DNA from: an uncultured virus (IMG/VR IMGVR_UViG_3300049846_001141)
Taxonomy: Duplodnaviria > Heunggongvirae > Uroviricota > Caudoviricetes
Virus record (IMG/VR): IMGVR_UViG_3300049846_001141
Direction: 5' to 3' (one strand)
Length of the DNA stretch: 64,000 bases
Positions 27,870-37,521 of this stretch are shown in pieces. The notes beneath the pieces were generated by a model, which had not been told where the DNA came from, searched no databases, and saw only the letters and a program-made list of their open reading frames with translations. A program made the position numbers and the translations under genes. Numbering within the stretch: position 1 is the stretch's first letter; each line of letters starts with the position of its first letter.

Positions 27870-28058
27870 CTAGGTGGCGAGTAGGCGGCGGACGGTGGAG
27901 CGTGAGCAGCCGAGGCGGTCGGCGATGGCTTGCTGTGTGAGGCCGGCGCGGCGCCAGCGGCGGGCGCGCTGCTGGCGGGACTCACTGGCCCAGAGAAGCA
28001 CCAGCAGGGGGAGCAGGATCAGCGCCAGCAGCAGAGCGGCGGTGGTGGTAAGGGTCAT
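27870..28058 (-). CDS. Membrane-anchored HTH protein
   Basis: Hydrophobic N-terminus plus GLTQQAIADRLGCSRSTVRR. Confidence 0.7.
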   Translation of the reverse strand: MTLTTTAALLLALILLPLLVLLWASESRQQRARRWRRAGLTQQAIADRLGCSRSTVRRLLAT

Positions 28059-28062
28059 CGGA

Positions 28063-28272
28063 TCAGCGAGCGGCGCGAGTGTTCAGGTAGCGCACCAGCT
28101 GATCGGTGGTGCGGAATGAGTACTCATTGCCCCAGAGGGTCAGCTCCCAGCAGCGGGCTTCGGTTCGCATGATCATGCCGATAGCACCGCCGGGTTGCTC
28201 CCAGTGGTTGACGACAAAGCCGGCGCCAGCTTGGCGGATGGTGAAGGCGGGGTGCAGTTCGGTGAGGTTCAC
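28063..28272 (-). CDS. Hypothetical protein
   Basis: GTG start downstream of the TGTGCTACAAT promoter-like motif. Confidence 0.55.
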   Translation of the reverse strand: MNLTELHPAFTIRQAGAGFVVNHWEQPGGAIGMIMRTEARCWELTLWGNEYSFRTTDQLVRYLNTRAAR

Positions 28273-28298
28273 GGGTTGGTTTCCCTTGGTGACTCTTG

Positions 28299-28310
28299 TA
28301 TTGTAGCACA
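28299..28310 (-). promoter_or_regulatory. Extended -10 sigma70-type promoter
   Basis: TG-C-TACAAT on the minus strand. Confidence 0.55.
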
Positions 28311-28374
28311 ACAGAGCAGCGCGTGTGGCTGCTGCTGTAATACACTGTAACGTAGTGCAGCCGTACTAGTCTCG

Positions 28375-28518
28375 CTAGCGGCCGAGCACCAGCAGGCGGC
28401 AAGTCTCCTGGCCGCGGCCGGTAGCCTCGCAGCGTTCCAGCTGGGCTGTGTTGTCGGCGCCCATCGCCAGGATGCCAGCGCCGATGGTGAGCAGCGCGAA
28501 TAGGTGGAGCTTGTGCAT
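28375..28518 (-). CDS. Small secreted/membrane protein (47 aa)
   Basis: MHKLHLFALLTIGAGILAMG...; TGATACAGT motif upstream. Confidence 0.55.
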   Translation of the reverse strand: MHKLHLFALLTIGAGILAMGADNTAQLERCEATGRGQETCRLLVLGR

Positions 28519-28568
28519 GGGGGAGCGTGGTGAGCTTGCCCCTACTGTATCACAAAAGCGGCCAGCGG

Positions 28569-29033
28569 CTAGGGCTGGCGCCGATCTTCCACCGTGATGT
28601 TCAGCGTGGGGGCAGCGGCTGCCTGTTGCTCTGGCGCGGCCTCTCCAATCACAGCGCCCATGTCCTTGAGCAGCATCGCCACTGTCTGCAACTGGCCTTT
28701 TGCCATGGCTTTTCGGCAGGCAGAAAGACGCAATGCCTGTATTTGGTTCAGCAGATCGCCTCTCGTTGCAATTTGCTCCGTTTTAAGCATCTCTGCTGCG
28801 CGGCTGTAGTCGTCGTCTGCCGTGCGCACAGACACCCCGAAGCGATCCGCTAGTTTCTGCGTGATTTGCCTACGCGTGCCACCATTCAGAATCTCCGCGT
28901 AACACCAATTCGCCCGTTCCTCTACGCGTACGCTTGACCCCTTACCACCGCGCCAGCGCTTCGACTCGTCATTAGCAACGGTCGTCGGTTTCGTTACTTC
29001 CAACTCGTCAGAATCGGGCACCGTTTGAGTCAC
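28569..29033 (-). CDS. HTH protein, probable terminase small subunit
   Basis: LADRFGVSVRT HTH, helical body, beta C-terminus; upstream of terL. Confidence 0.55.
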   Translation of the reverse strand: MTQTVPDSDELEVTKPTTVANDESKRWRGGKGSSVRVEERANWCYAEILNGGTRRQITQKLADRFGVSVRTADDDYSRAAEMLKTEQIATRGDLLNQIQALRLSACRKAMAKGQLQTVAMLLKDMGAVIGEAAPEQQAAAAPTLNITVEDRRQP

Positions 29034-29100
29034 AAACTCTATAGGTCAATGCTAACCTCTCTGCTGTCACGTTTCGCAAGCGAGCGAAGCGAGCGCCGCG

Positions 29101-29125
29101 AAAAAGCCCGACCTACTGGCCGGGC
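29101..29125 (-). terminator. Rho-independent terminator
   Basis: GCCCG stem plus T5. Confidence 0.6.
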
Positions 29126-29147
29126 CGTTGATCGGTGGGGGCGCCAG

Positions 29148-29801
29148 TCAGCAAGGCCGGAATACTGCCCATTGGCTCCCGTTAATACGCTGCAACCAAT
29201 AGGCATCGCCAAGCTCTAGTTCGCGCCAGGCAGCCTGCCAGTCAATACAACTCATTGGCCAGCTGGCGCCGTCAAGCTTGGGGGGCAGTCCTAATTCATC
29301 GGCCAGCTGCTGAGCGTAGTCTGCGCCAGCTTGTTCTGAGCTGTAGCCTTCTGCCTCGCCTTGGTAGCAGTCTTCGTAGGTATCGGGATCGACGCCAGAA
29401 CTGCACAGCTCAGAGATGATCGGCACCAAAGCCGCAGGGTCAGAGTCTGCAGCAAAACCGCAATGCTCCAGGCACTCTGCCCATTCTTCCTGCAACCAGA
29501 AACCAAAACACGCGCCATCGCCTTCTGAAGCGCCGAAGTAAAAGCCCGTGGGCGCCAGCTCGCCCAAGCGGTCAAACGCCCAAGCGGTTGCAATCTCCCA
29601 GGCGTCGCAGGGTTCCGGCCCGGTAAGGTCCGAAGCGTAGGCAGCGCACTGCTGCAAATCTGAGCGGAACGGTTCCGGCACGTCTTGCCCCAAGCGGTCG
29701 AAAGCGCCTAGGTAGGCATCCGCCAAGTGATCAATGCGAAGCGTGTCAGTGCTGACGATCCAGGGGAAGGATGCCAGCTGTTCGGTGGTGTAACGGGTCA
29801 T
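29148..29801 (-). CDS. Acidic protein with ArdA-like C-terminus (candidate antirestriction protein)
   Basis: YQGE...ADYAQQLADE...IDWQAAWREL; highly acidic. Confidence 0.5.
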   Translation of the reverse strand: MTRYTTEQLASFPWIVSTDTLRIDHLADAYLGAFDRLGQDVPEPFRSDLQQCAAYASDLTGPEPCDAWEIATAWAFDRLGELAPTGFYFGASEGDGACFGFWLQEEWAECLEHCGFAADSDPAALVPIISELCSSGVDPDTYEDCYQGEAEGYSSEQAGADYAQQLADELGLPPKLDGASWPMSCIDWQAAWRELELGDAYWLQRINGSQWAVFRPC

Positions 29802-29858
29802 GGTGTGAGCCTATGGGTTGGGCTTATGTGTGAGTGTAAAACCGGATCCGGCCCGGCG

Positions 29859-30248
29859 TCAATACCGGGAGCGCCAGCCCAATAGGCGGCAAACCCTGAG
29901 CCAACTGGAATCGGTGATCCAGTCCGGCCGATGCACCGAAGCCGTAACGCTCAGGGCATCCTCTCCTGCCAGATCACGCCAGAAGGGGGAAAGCCAGAGG
30001 TCAGACTGCGGATCCAGCGTCACCCAACGTGGCACGGTATCGCCGTCACCTTCCGCGTAGCAACCTGCCAGCTTATCGGTAAGGTCGCGCAAGTCCCAGA
30101 CAGAATCTGAGTAGCCATCCGCGGGGCTGCCGTTCCAGCTGAGCCAGCCGGATTCTGCGGAGTCTCCCTGCTCGGCAGATTCTGCGGTCACCGTTTCGTA
30201 GGTCACTCGGAAAGTGCCGCGCGGTTCTGTGATTCGGAGGATTGTCAT
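29859..30248 (-). CDS. Hypothetical early protein
   Basis: VTYE.VT.ESAEQGD...GW motif. Confidence 0.7.
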   Translation of the reverse strand: MTILRITEPRGTFRVTYETVTAESAEQGDSAESGWLSWNGSPADGYSDSVWDLRDLTDKLAGCYAEGDGDTVPRWVTLDPQSDLWLSPFWRDLAGEDALSVTASVHRPDWITDSSWLRVCRLLGWRSRY

Positions 30249-30388
30249 CTTGTGCCTGGGTGTGGCTTGACCGCAATCCTAACCTCAGCTCCAGTCATTC
30301 CCTGCCCTTACTGTTGCACATCTTAATGTGGCTGGCGGTCCCGCCGCGTGGTGTTATTGTTAGAGGGTATTGCCCTACCCTTAGGCAA

Positions 30389-30644
30389 CATGCACATCAC
30401 AACGCGCCAGGGGACCGTTCTGACGGTTCAGCTGACAGCATTTCACCGCGTACCAGGCGGCCATCCAGAGCCGATAGTTGAATTTCGCTATGGCGGCGGG
30501 GTGCTTTGCTCCAGCTACTACCTTTCGACCTTTAACGCCATAACCGCCGGGCTTTGCCTGGAGGGTGACCGCATTAACCGCCAGGATCTCAGCCCGGAAG
30601 CCGTAGCAGCGTGCCAGGCATGGCTGCAGGAGGTTCTGGCGTGA
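30389..30644 (+). CDS. Hypothetical protein
   Basis: ATG downstream of a TGTTATTGT motif. Confidence 0.6.
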
Positions 30645-31072
30645 GCGGCGGCGAATGGGTCACACAGCGCCAGCGTAAGGAAAACCGCGAGGAAGCGCGA
30701 GAGGCTAAGCGCCGCTTGCTGATTGAATTCGCCGACAAGCTATGGCTGGCTCAGAACCATCCCTGTGATGATGCTGTGCTGGCCTGGCTGAGCGAGAATC
30801 GCGCCGAGGCTTCAAAAATAGGCTCCGGCCGCTGGCATCTGGAAACCTTGCCGAACCTTCATAAGCGCCAGCAACAGCTCAGGCAGGCTGCAGCATTTGA
30901 GGATGTGTTGGCTCGCGCCAAGGTGAGCCAGCAGACTCTGACGGCGGAGGCGGTTCTGGCCGCTGGCGGTTTTCCACAGAATCCACAAGTTCAAGTTGTG
31001 GAAAACAAACAACGCCGCGCAAACGCCGGCAAGCGCCAGCCCTCCCGCAAGGTGCGAACCCCGCAAGGGTGA
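30641..31072 (+). CDS. Hypothetical protein
   Basis: GTGA overlap with the previous ORF. Confidence 0.65.
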   Translation: MSGGEWVTQRQRKENREEAREAKRRLLIEFADKLWLAQNHPCDDAVLAWLSENRAEASKIGSGRWHLETLPNLHKRQQQLRQAAAFEDVLARAKVSQQTLTAEAVLAAGGFPQNPQVQVVENKQRRANAGKRQPSRKVRTPQG

Positions 31073-31240
31073 ACGCTCCAGTGGGTACGATCCCCCAGGC
31101 TCCAGCAGTCTGGGGCTTTGCCGTATCCGGGACTAGGTACAAACACCTATTGCCTGGGTAGTGTTTTTGTGTGCTCCAGCAAAAAAGGGGCCCGTTGAAT
31201 GGCCCCCAGGGAACCTTGACCGCTCCAGCATGAATGGTTT

Positions 31241-32080
31241 TTAGGCAGTCTCTTGAATGGCTTTCTGGAGATTTTCGAAATAAAGCTCCACCCGAGCCAT
31301 GAATGACTTTTCTGCGTCGGCGAGTTCACGAGCCGACATGTAATGAATGTTTGGCTGGCCGCAGCGGCGTGCCAAGACGATGGCTGCTCCAGTCGGTGAA
31401 AGGCCGGTCAGGTGCTTTAGTCCCAGTGAGTAGGCGCCACACTGGTCGATGTATGAATGGCCGTTGGGGAGGCGTTCTTGGCCGTCATGAATGGCCGTTT
31501 TGCGTCCCACGCTGGTCTTCCAGTCCGCTAGTACCAGCTCGTTATTTTTCATGCCGATTAAGGCGTCACACGTTCCAGCGAAGCCGGCGGGGTGATGAAT
31601 GGAAAATTCGCTGGCGAAAATCTCGGTGACGTTCTCGGCGATCCAGTCGGACAGGCTGCGGGCATAACCTGAGGCGCTCCAGCCAACTCGGGGGACATTG
31701 GGTCTTACCCGTTTGAGTGCCCACTGCGTTATGGGGGCAGGGATACGCGCCAGGCCCTGTTCGTCCCAGCGGATTGAATTGCGCTTGTTTGCAGTGGATC
31801 GCGCCAGCTGCATTGAGGTTTTGAGGAGATACTCAGCCTGTGAATGGGCCATGTTGCCTCGGGTGGCGGCAACATTGCGCTGTTGGGTGGCTTCGACTGG
31901 GCCGAGGCGGGCTTCCCAGCGCTCCAGCCCGGTTTTGTCGCTTGTTTCCTTTAGGATGTGTGTAACACTATGGTAGATATTGCCGTTTATGTCGCGGTAG
32001 ACCCGGAAGGGGCCTGAATTGTCTTGTTCCAGCCTCCATTTACGCAGTCCTGCCAGCGTGTCTTGGGTGTTGGAGGCCAT
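31241..32080 (-). CDS. PD-(D/E)XK exonuclease
   Basis: SVTHIL, RGN..H, AGTCD, LADWKTS, Q..AY motifs. Confidence 0.85.
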   Translation of the reverse strand: MASNTQDTLAGLRKWRLEQDNSGPFRVYRDINGNIYHSVTHILKETSDKTGLERWEARLGPVEATQQRNVAATRGNMAHSQAEYLLKTSMQLARSTANKRNSIRWDEQGLARIPAPITQWALKRVRPNVPRVGWSASGYARSLSDWIAENVTEIFASEFSIHHPAGFAGTCDALIGMKNNELVLADWKTSVGRKTAIHDGQERLPNGHSYIDQCGAYSLGLKHLTGLSPTGAAIVLARRCGQPNIHYMSARELADAEKSFMARVELYFENLQKAIQETA

Positions 32081-32113
32081 TTAGTTATTCTTTCCCAATC
32101 TGATAATACCACT

Positions 32114-32135
32114 AAAAAAGCCCCTGGGTAGGGGC
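32114..32135 (-). terminator. Rho-independent terminator
   Basis: GCCCCT/AGGGGC stem plus T6. Confidence 0.7.
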
Positions 32136-32157
32136 CTTGAAAATTTCAAAGTGCTAC

Positions 32158-32739
32158 TTAAGCCGCTTTGAAAGGATTACCCCCGGTAAGCAGGCGGGTG
32201 ATATCGAAGCCTTCGGATTTGGCTTCTAGCCAGGCGGCGTCGATGTGCTCTTGGCTGCCCTTTTTGCGGGGTACGGGGCGCACGGTGTACTCAGTCAGCA
32301 GGCCCGAGCCCTTTTTGCCGATGGTGAAGTCCCACTCCAGCAGGTTTTCGTAGTCCTCCATCTGGGAGATCTGGTCGATTTCCTTGAGGATGGACTTTTG
32401 GGTGATCTGTAGGACTTGAACTTTGCCGGATTCGTAGTTGTAAACCGGGCAGGCGATGGCGAATTTCACGTCTGCGGTGCCGGGGCCGCCGCGGCCTTCA
32501 CGGGGTTCGTAGTCACCCATTTCGGCAACCACGTCTTCATAGGTGGGCTCGAAGTCGAAGCGGAAGGGCTTAGAGGCTCCGTTGGACTGGCCCCAGGATT
32601 CGTAGAACTCCAGAGGTTCGTCGGTGAGTAGGGCGAATCGGACAGAGCCACCGTCGGGCAGTTTGCTGAGGCTGAGGTAGCCGCCTCCTGTTGCATTAGA
32701 GGTGACTGCAGCGGAAGCGGTTTTGGAGAGAAATCCCAT
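32158..32739 (-). CDS. Probable ssDNA-binding protein
   Basis: Q.LQITQKSI...D..I.K.G.GL.TEY.V...NPF; next to the exonuclease. Confidence 0.6.
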   Translation of the reverse strand: MGFLSKTASAAVTSNATGGGYLSLSKLPDGGSVRFALLTDEPLEFYESWGQSNGASKPFRFDFEPTYEDVVAEMGDYEPREGRGGPGTADVKFAIACPVYNYESGKVQVLQITQKSILKEIDQISQMEDYENLLEWDFTIGKKGSGLLTEYTVRPVPRKKGSQEHIDAAWLEAKSEGFDITRLLTGGNPFKAA

Positions 32740-32879
32740 TGTGTTGGTGCTTTTGGATGGTCGCCCGAGGGCAACGTCTAACACAGTAACACGGGATTGA
32801 CTGGCTGGCTACCATGAGAAAACGCCCCACGGCCAGAAGGCTGCAGGGCGTGATGAACATTCTCGTGTGAGAGTCTAGC

Positions 32880-35315
32880 ATGTCTCAAGGTAAGACGCAG
32901 GAGCTGTTGGCGTTTGTGCGCCAGCTGCCTGCAGGAATCGCTTATGCCCCGATTTACGCCAAGGGCAAGGCGATCCAGTCCGGGAAAATCAGCAAAGGCA
33001 AGACGCCCTTAGAGCGCAGTCATCACACGGTGATGGCGCCTTCGGATGTGGCGCTTCAGATCGAGCGCAAGCCTGAGGTGTTCCAGGCAGTGGGTGCGTT
33101 TACTGGCGCTCGCAGTGCTGGACTCGTGATTCTCGATGTGGATCGGAATCTCAGCCGCCTGAAAAAGAAGTGGGGTGACTCGCTGGAGGGTGCTCCAGTC
33201 ATCACTTCGACTAAGGCCAACGCGGCGAAGTACCTGTTCCGCGTCCCAGAGGCTCTGTGGGCCTCGGTGAAGGGTTTTGGCCTGAGTGATACCGGCGCTG
33301 GGTATGAGGTGCTCTGGGGCCGTCAGGGGCTTCTCTACGGGGCTTATCCGGGCTCCAGTGATGGGAAGGCTCCGGCAGGCCATTACGGCTTTGAAGGCGA
33401 CATGGAGGCCATTCCGGTGGCTCCTGAGTGGCTGCTGGCGGAAATGCGGGATGCCAGTGGGAAGGATGTGCAGGATGGCGGCTTCATTAAGAACCGCAAG
33501 GCGCTGGATTTCTCGGATCGAGACCCGGCTGAGGTGGCTGAGATCATTCAGTCGGCGCTGCGGGTGATTCCCGGCCAAGGCAGTGGCAGCCGGGATCACT
33601 GGGTCAAGGTGGGGATGGCGATTCACTCGGAGTTGCCGACTGACCTCGGTTTGACGCTTTGGTCCGCTTGGTCTTCGGAAGACCCCGAATTTTTTCAGGA
33701 TTGGGCAGAAGGCAATCCCTGTGAAGAGGTTTGGAAATCCTTCCGCAAGGGGCCGGTGAGCCTTGGCTCGCTGTTCTGGCTGGCGGATCAGCAGATGCCT
33801 GGCCGCATGTGGCTTTCGGAGGATCTGCGGAAGGTTGTTTCTGAGGCTGAGCAAGATCGGGTGCAGCGGTTCCGCACCACCGGTCTTTCGCACGAAGAAA
33901 TCGTTAATCGCGCTACTGCTGCGATGGCGCTGCCGAATCCGTCGGAAGTGCAGCACAAGCTCCACGAGATCGCCCTGGAGGCTGGTTATCGGGAAGCTGC
34001 GGCTGTTGTGCGCTTGCTGATCGCAGACCAGGAGTACCGACGCGGATCACAGGGAGGCAGCCTGCAGGAAATTTTTGCCATGGAGGACGCGCCAATCGAG
34101 TACCTGATTCCCGATTTGCTGCCTAAGCCAGGCACTGTGTTGATCCACGGGCGTGGTGGCTGTGGCAAGACCATGGCGGTGCTGACGTTGGCTAAGCACA
34201 TCGCACGGGGGATTCCGTTCTCTGTACGCGGTGCAGAAGTGCCTGTCGAGCAGGGCAAGGTGCTGTGGCTTAACGGCGATCAGAACAGCCGCCGGATGCG
34301 TAAGCAGTTCAAGGACTTGGACTTCACTGCTGATGATCCGGTTGTAGTACAGAACAAAGTTTCGATGCTTTGGTATCCCTGGTTTATCCAGCAGATTGAG
34401 GAGCATCGCCCCAAGCTCGTGGTTTGGGATTCGGTAACCGCTTGTATGCGTGGTTGTGCGTACGACCAGAACAAGGCCGAATACGCCGAGCCGATCTACT
34501 GGTACAGCGCGGAAAACGGCGAGAGCTTCCCGGCAACCACCATCGTTTTCATCCACCATGCCGCCAAGAGCGGGGACTTCAGGGGCACCTCAGCGCTCCA
34601 AGACGCCGTGGATGAGTCTTGGGCTATCAACCGTCCGGAAAAGTCCGAGCTGGAACGTGTAGGGGCTTCTGCACGCCTCATCACCATCGGTAAAAGCCGC
34701 GAGGGTAATGAGGGCAAGCAACTGGTGCTGCGCCAGAAGGAAGACCTCACGTTCTCGCTCCAGGATCTACCGGCTGCGGAAGGCGTGGATTCCGCTGCAC
34801 CTGCCTCGATCATCGACCGGGTGCTCCAGCGGCTGCGTACCAAGGGCGTGCCGATGACTAAAGCCGAGCTGAACGCTGACCCTCTGCTGGGCGGCAGCGT
34901 CAACGCCATCTCGAAGTCGCTCCAGCGTTTGATCGACCGTGGGCTGGTCTCTGTTGAAGGAGAACGTTCCAGCAAGCGCTACTCAGCAGTTCTCGCGCGC
35001 AGGGGGGGAGGAGGTACAAGTTGTCCCAAAGAAGAAGAATCCAGTGCTGGAGCTGGATCTGAAGAAATGGCTTGTCCCACTTTGTCCCGTTCTGTCCCAA
35101 GTTGTCCCGAATTGGAGCCAAAACCGGCTTCTGGGACACCAAAAGGACAGGTTGGGACAAAACGGGACAAAACGGGACAGCTAAAAACGGCAGATCTATT
35201 GCAGCGCAACGTTTCTGAGAGTTTGGGACAAGAAGACAGCTCTATCTTCACGCGCGAGAACTGGCGCACTCCCGAAGAAATGGAGCGGCTTACAAAGGAG
35301 GCCGACATCTGGTAA
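32880..35315 (+). CDS. Primase-polymerase / PriCT-2 / RecA-like helicase replication protein
   Basis: ILDVD, W.KVGMA.H...WS, GRGGCGKT Walker A, WDS, HHAAK, FRGTSA. Confidence 0.85.
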   Translation: MSQGKTQELLAFVRQLPAGIAYAPIYAKGKAIQSGKISKGKTPLERSHHTVMAPSDVALQIERKPEVFQAVGAFTGARSAGLVILDVDRNLSRLKKKWGDSLEGAPVITSTKANAAKYLFRVPEALWASVKGFGLSDTGAGYEVLWGRQGLLYGAYPGSSDGKAPAGHYGFEGDMEAIPVAPEWLLAEMRDASGKDVQDGGFIKNRKALDFSDRDPAEVAEIIQSALRVIPGQGSGSRDHWVKVGMAIHSELPTDLGLTLWSAWSSEDPEFFQDWAEGNPCEEVWKSFRKGPVSLGSLFWLADQQMPGRMWLSEDLRKVVSEAEQDRVQRFRTTGLSHEEIVNRATAAMALPNPSEVQHKLHEIALEAGYREAAAVVRLLIADQEYRRGSQGGSLQEIFAMEDAPIEYLIPDLLPKPGTVLIHGRGGCGKTMAVLTLAKHIARGIPFSVRGAEVPVEQGKVLWLNGDQNSRRMRKQFKDLDFTADDPVVVQNKVSMLWYPWFIQQIEEHRPKLVVWDSVTACMRGCAYDQNKAEYAEPIYWYSAENGESFPATTIVFIHHAAKSGDFRGTSALQDAVDESWAINRPEKSELERVGASARLITIGKSREGNEGKQLVLRQKEDLTFSLQDLPAAEGVDSAAPASIIDRVLQRLRTKGVPMTKAELNADPLLGGSVNAISKSLQRLIDRGLVSVEGERSSKRYSAVLARRGGGGTSCPKEEESSAGAGSEEMACPTLSRSVPSCPELEPKPASGTPKGQVGTKRDKTGQLKTADLLQRNVSESLGQEDSSIFTRENWRTPEEMERLTKEADIW
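34990..35260. repeat. Symmetric iteron-like TGTCCC/GGGACA array (candidate origin)
   Basis: TGTCCC at 35022, 35073, 35083, 35093, 35103 mirrored by (G/A)GGACA ending at 35149, 35159, 35169, 35179, 35230. Confidence 0.75.
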
Positions 35316-35336
35316 ACGCGCTAAAGTGATGCGGTT

Positions 35337-35552
35337 ATGCACAGTTGTATGAACCGCATCACTGTTTCTTTTTCGGATGTGACCGCAAACGGCTTGGAGT
35401 GGCTATCCAAACGCACCATGCGCAAGCCCTCCAACCTGCTTGCTTTCCTGTTGAGTCAAGAAATTGAGCGCCAGTTGCAGGCCATGACTCATGAGGAACG
35501 CGCTGAGGTCTATGCACAGCTATCCGACGTTCGGGTTCTGTCTCCTCACTAA
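35337..35552 (+). CDS. Small DNA-binding-like protein (RHH-like)
   Basis: RITVSFSD...L..LSK...R..SNL pattern. Confidence 0.55.
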   Translation: MHSCMNRITVSFSDVTANGLEWLSKRTMRKPSNLLAFLLSQEIERQLQAMTHEERAEVYAQLSDVRVLSPH

Positions 35553-35560
35553 AACTCCCG

Positions 35561-35899
35561 ATGTTCAACCCGCCTAACTTTTTCCTAGGGCTCATGCGCG
35601 TCGTGGCATGGGCTTTTTGGAGAGATCCCGTGGCTAAGCCTGAACCGCCCCAGCCGAAGCGTCCCAGGAAGCCGATCCTGGGGTACACCGTTGGCGACAT
35701 TCCGTTTGAGCTGATGGCCGTGGTCCGGGTCTCCTGGTACCGCAAGGGCATGGCCTACGAAGTTGAGGAATACAAGATCGAGGAGTCCGAGGACGCCCAA
35801 GATCAGTTCCACTACGTCGTTGGCACGGCCCTCAAACAAGGCGCCGACGTGTGCGTGCTGACGCAGTACCAGCCGGAGGAGCTAGGGGTTCCAACGTGA
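35561..35899 (+). CDS. Hypothetical protein
   Basis: ORF with phage-like codon use. Confidence 0.7.
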   Translation: MFNPPNFFLGLMRVVAWAFWRDPVAKPEPPQPKRPRKPILGYTVGDIPFELMAVVRVSWYRKGMAYEVEEYKIEESEDAQDQFHYVVGTALKQGADVCVLTQYQPEELGVPT

Positions 35900-36069
35900 T
35901 CCCGCCCGTGATCGTGTTCGGGTTGACGTGGCTACTGGGGATGCTGGCAGTCACCGTCTACCTCACGCGGATGTAACGAAATGCGACAGCCCGGCCTTGC
36001 GGTTGGGCTGTTCGTGTGCAACACTAAGAGCACGCCCGGAGAGCGGGCGCCGTTACTACTGAATTACAA

Positions 36070-36309
36070 ATGGACACGTTGCACACTCCAATCGAAAACA
36101 CCAAGCTCAGTCCGTGGTTCTTCGCGGTCAACTGGGGCATCATCACGCTCCAGCAGAAGATCACTGAGATGGAGGCTCGCGGCCTCAACCCGATCTACGA
36201 CATCAAACAGCTGGAGCAGCTGCAGGATCTGGAGCAGTTCTTGAAGATGAGCTGGGACATGTGGCTGGCTCGTTATGAAACCAGCGAAACTGCACAGGAG
36301 GTCAAATGA
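36070..36309 (+). CDS. Hypothetical protein
   Basis: ORF; coupled to the next gene. Confidence 0.7.
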   Translation: MDTLHTPIENTKLSPWFFAVNWGIITLQQKITEMEARGLNPIYDIKQLEQLQDLEQFLKMSWDMWLARYETSETAQEVK

Positions 36310-36560
36310 AGGTACTGGACATTGAGGAGCTGCGATTTGAAGGCGACCATCTCGTTGTCGATGCCGTTGTTGATGACGCTGTTCTGGTCTATCCGCAGAC
36401 GCAACTCGACCCACCAGAGTGGGGGCCTGCCCTGTGCCGAGGCACCCTCTACTTTTCAGATGAAGACTTGATTCCAGCCACCGATGCCGAACTCCGAGCC
36501 ATGCTCACCGACCGCGTCGATGATTGGGCTCCAATCGACACGTCTGATTGGTACGACTGA
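36306..36560 (+). CDS. Hypothetical protein
   Basis: GGAGG SD; DPPEWGPALC motif. Confidence 0.75.
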   Translation: MKVLDIEELRFEGDHLVVDAVVDDAVLVYPQTQLDPPEWGPALCRGTLYFSDEDLIPATDAELRAMLTDRVDDWAPIDTSDWYD

Positions 36561-36810
36561 AGCCCGTGAGCTTCGTAACCAGCCTGAGTATGACGATTGG
36601 TATGCAGGATTGGAGCCAATCCCCGGCGATACCCACTGGGTCAGGATCAAAACTCTGACCCAGCTTTACCGCCACCTCATTTACGTGTTCGCCACAAGCG
36701 ACACCATCAGTTCCACCCGCTTAGCCAAGCTGGCCATCCACGAGATTCTCAAGTTGAGACTCACGGATCTCACCCGGTTGAGGCAGCAAGATCCAAACTT
36801 TTTTGCATGA
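36484..36810 (+). CDS. Hypothetical protein (start uncertain)
   Basis: ORF fills the gap; ATGA-type overlap downstream. Confidence 0.55.
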   Translation: MPNSEPCSPTASMIGLQSTRLIGTTEARELRNQPEYDDWYAGLEPIPGDTHWVRIKTLTQLYRHLIYVFATSDTISSTRLAKLAIHEILKLRLTDLTRLRQQDPNFFA

Positions 36811-36817
36811 GATTTCA

Positions 36818-37243
36818 ATGACTGACGCAGCTTTCAATCTCCAGCAACTGGAGAGTCGCTCTAACTGGTACGAGCACGTTGGTGCTGTCGAGCTGGCGAT
36901 GGGCCTGGATTACGAAAAGTGGTCGATTCGACAGGACTACGGCTGGGAAGGGGATGACGGTGGGGAGTGGGGACCCAACCCACTGGAGCCCGGTCAAGAC
37001 GTGCTGGAGTCGGACTGGTACGACACTTTGGCGCTACCGTTTCCCGAGGAGTTCCAAGCATGTGACTCCTACGTGTACGAGCTGATGGACACCATCGGTC
37101 AGTACAAGCACGATCCAGCGCTGATGGCGCACATGGTCGCGCTTCGCGCTGCTGATTACCTCGGCAACGTGGGGCACGACGAGACCATCAAAATCCGGAG
37201 CCAGCTCCGTAATTCCTACGTTGTTGAACACGCTGATGACTGA
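36818..37243 (+). CDS. Acidic hypothetical protein
   Basis: ORF. Confidence 0.7.
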   Translation: MTDAAFNLQQLESRSNWYEHVGAVELAMGLDYEKWSIRQDYGWEGDDGGEWGPNPLEPGQDVLESDWYDTLALPFPEEFQACDSYVYELMDTIGQYKHDPALMAHMVALRAADYLGNVGHDETIKIRSQLRNSYVVEHADD

Positions 37244-37493
37244 AAATTCGATGGTGCCGTTTTACCGTTCCTATTTGCTGAACGGGCGGACCATTTATTT
37301 GGACAAGCTTTCCGAGCTTTCGGACTCGGAGCTGCACCTTCTCAACGTTGACACCATGGCTGCGCTCCAAGAGGCGCGGCATGAGTACGACAACATCGAA
37401 AACAAGCAGTCCGAGGAAGCTCGTCCGGCATACCGCAGGCTGAAGGTGGCTGGTTATTTTCAGGCCGCTATCAAACTTGAACTACAAGATTGA
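37236..37493 (+). CDS. Hypothetical protein
   Basis: ORF overlapping the previous stop. Confidence 0.7.
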   Translation: MTENSMVPFYRSYLLNGRTIYLDKLSELSDSELHLLNVDTMAALQEARHEYDNIENKQSEEARPAYRRLKVAGYFQAAIKLELQD

Positions 37494-37521
37494 TCAGTTC
37501 TACACACTACGAGGTTCACGA

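Noticed and set aside
28353..28368. TAGTGCAGCCGTACTA as a LexA box
   Set aside because: Its 8-bp spacer fits LexA geometry, but it has several mismatches and there is no second copy in the window to compare.
31241..32080. Cas4 / CRISPR-associated nuclease
   Set aside because: It lacks the four-Cys cluster pattern, and its context (SSB, primase) fits a phage recombination exonuclease.
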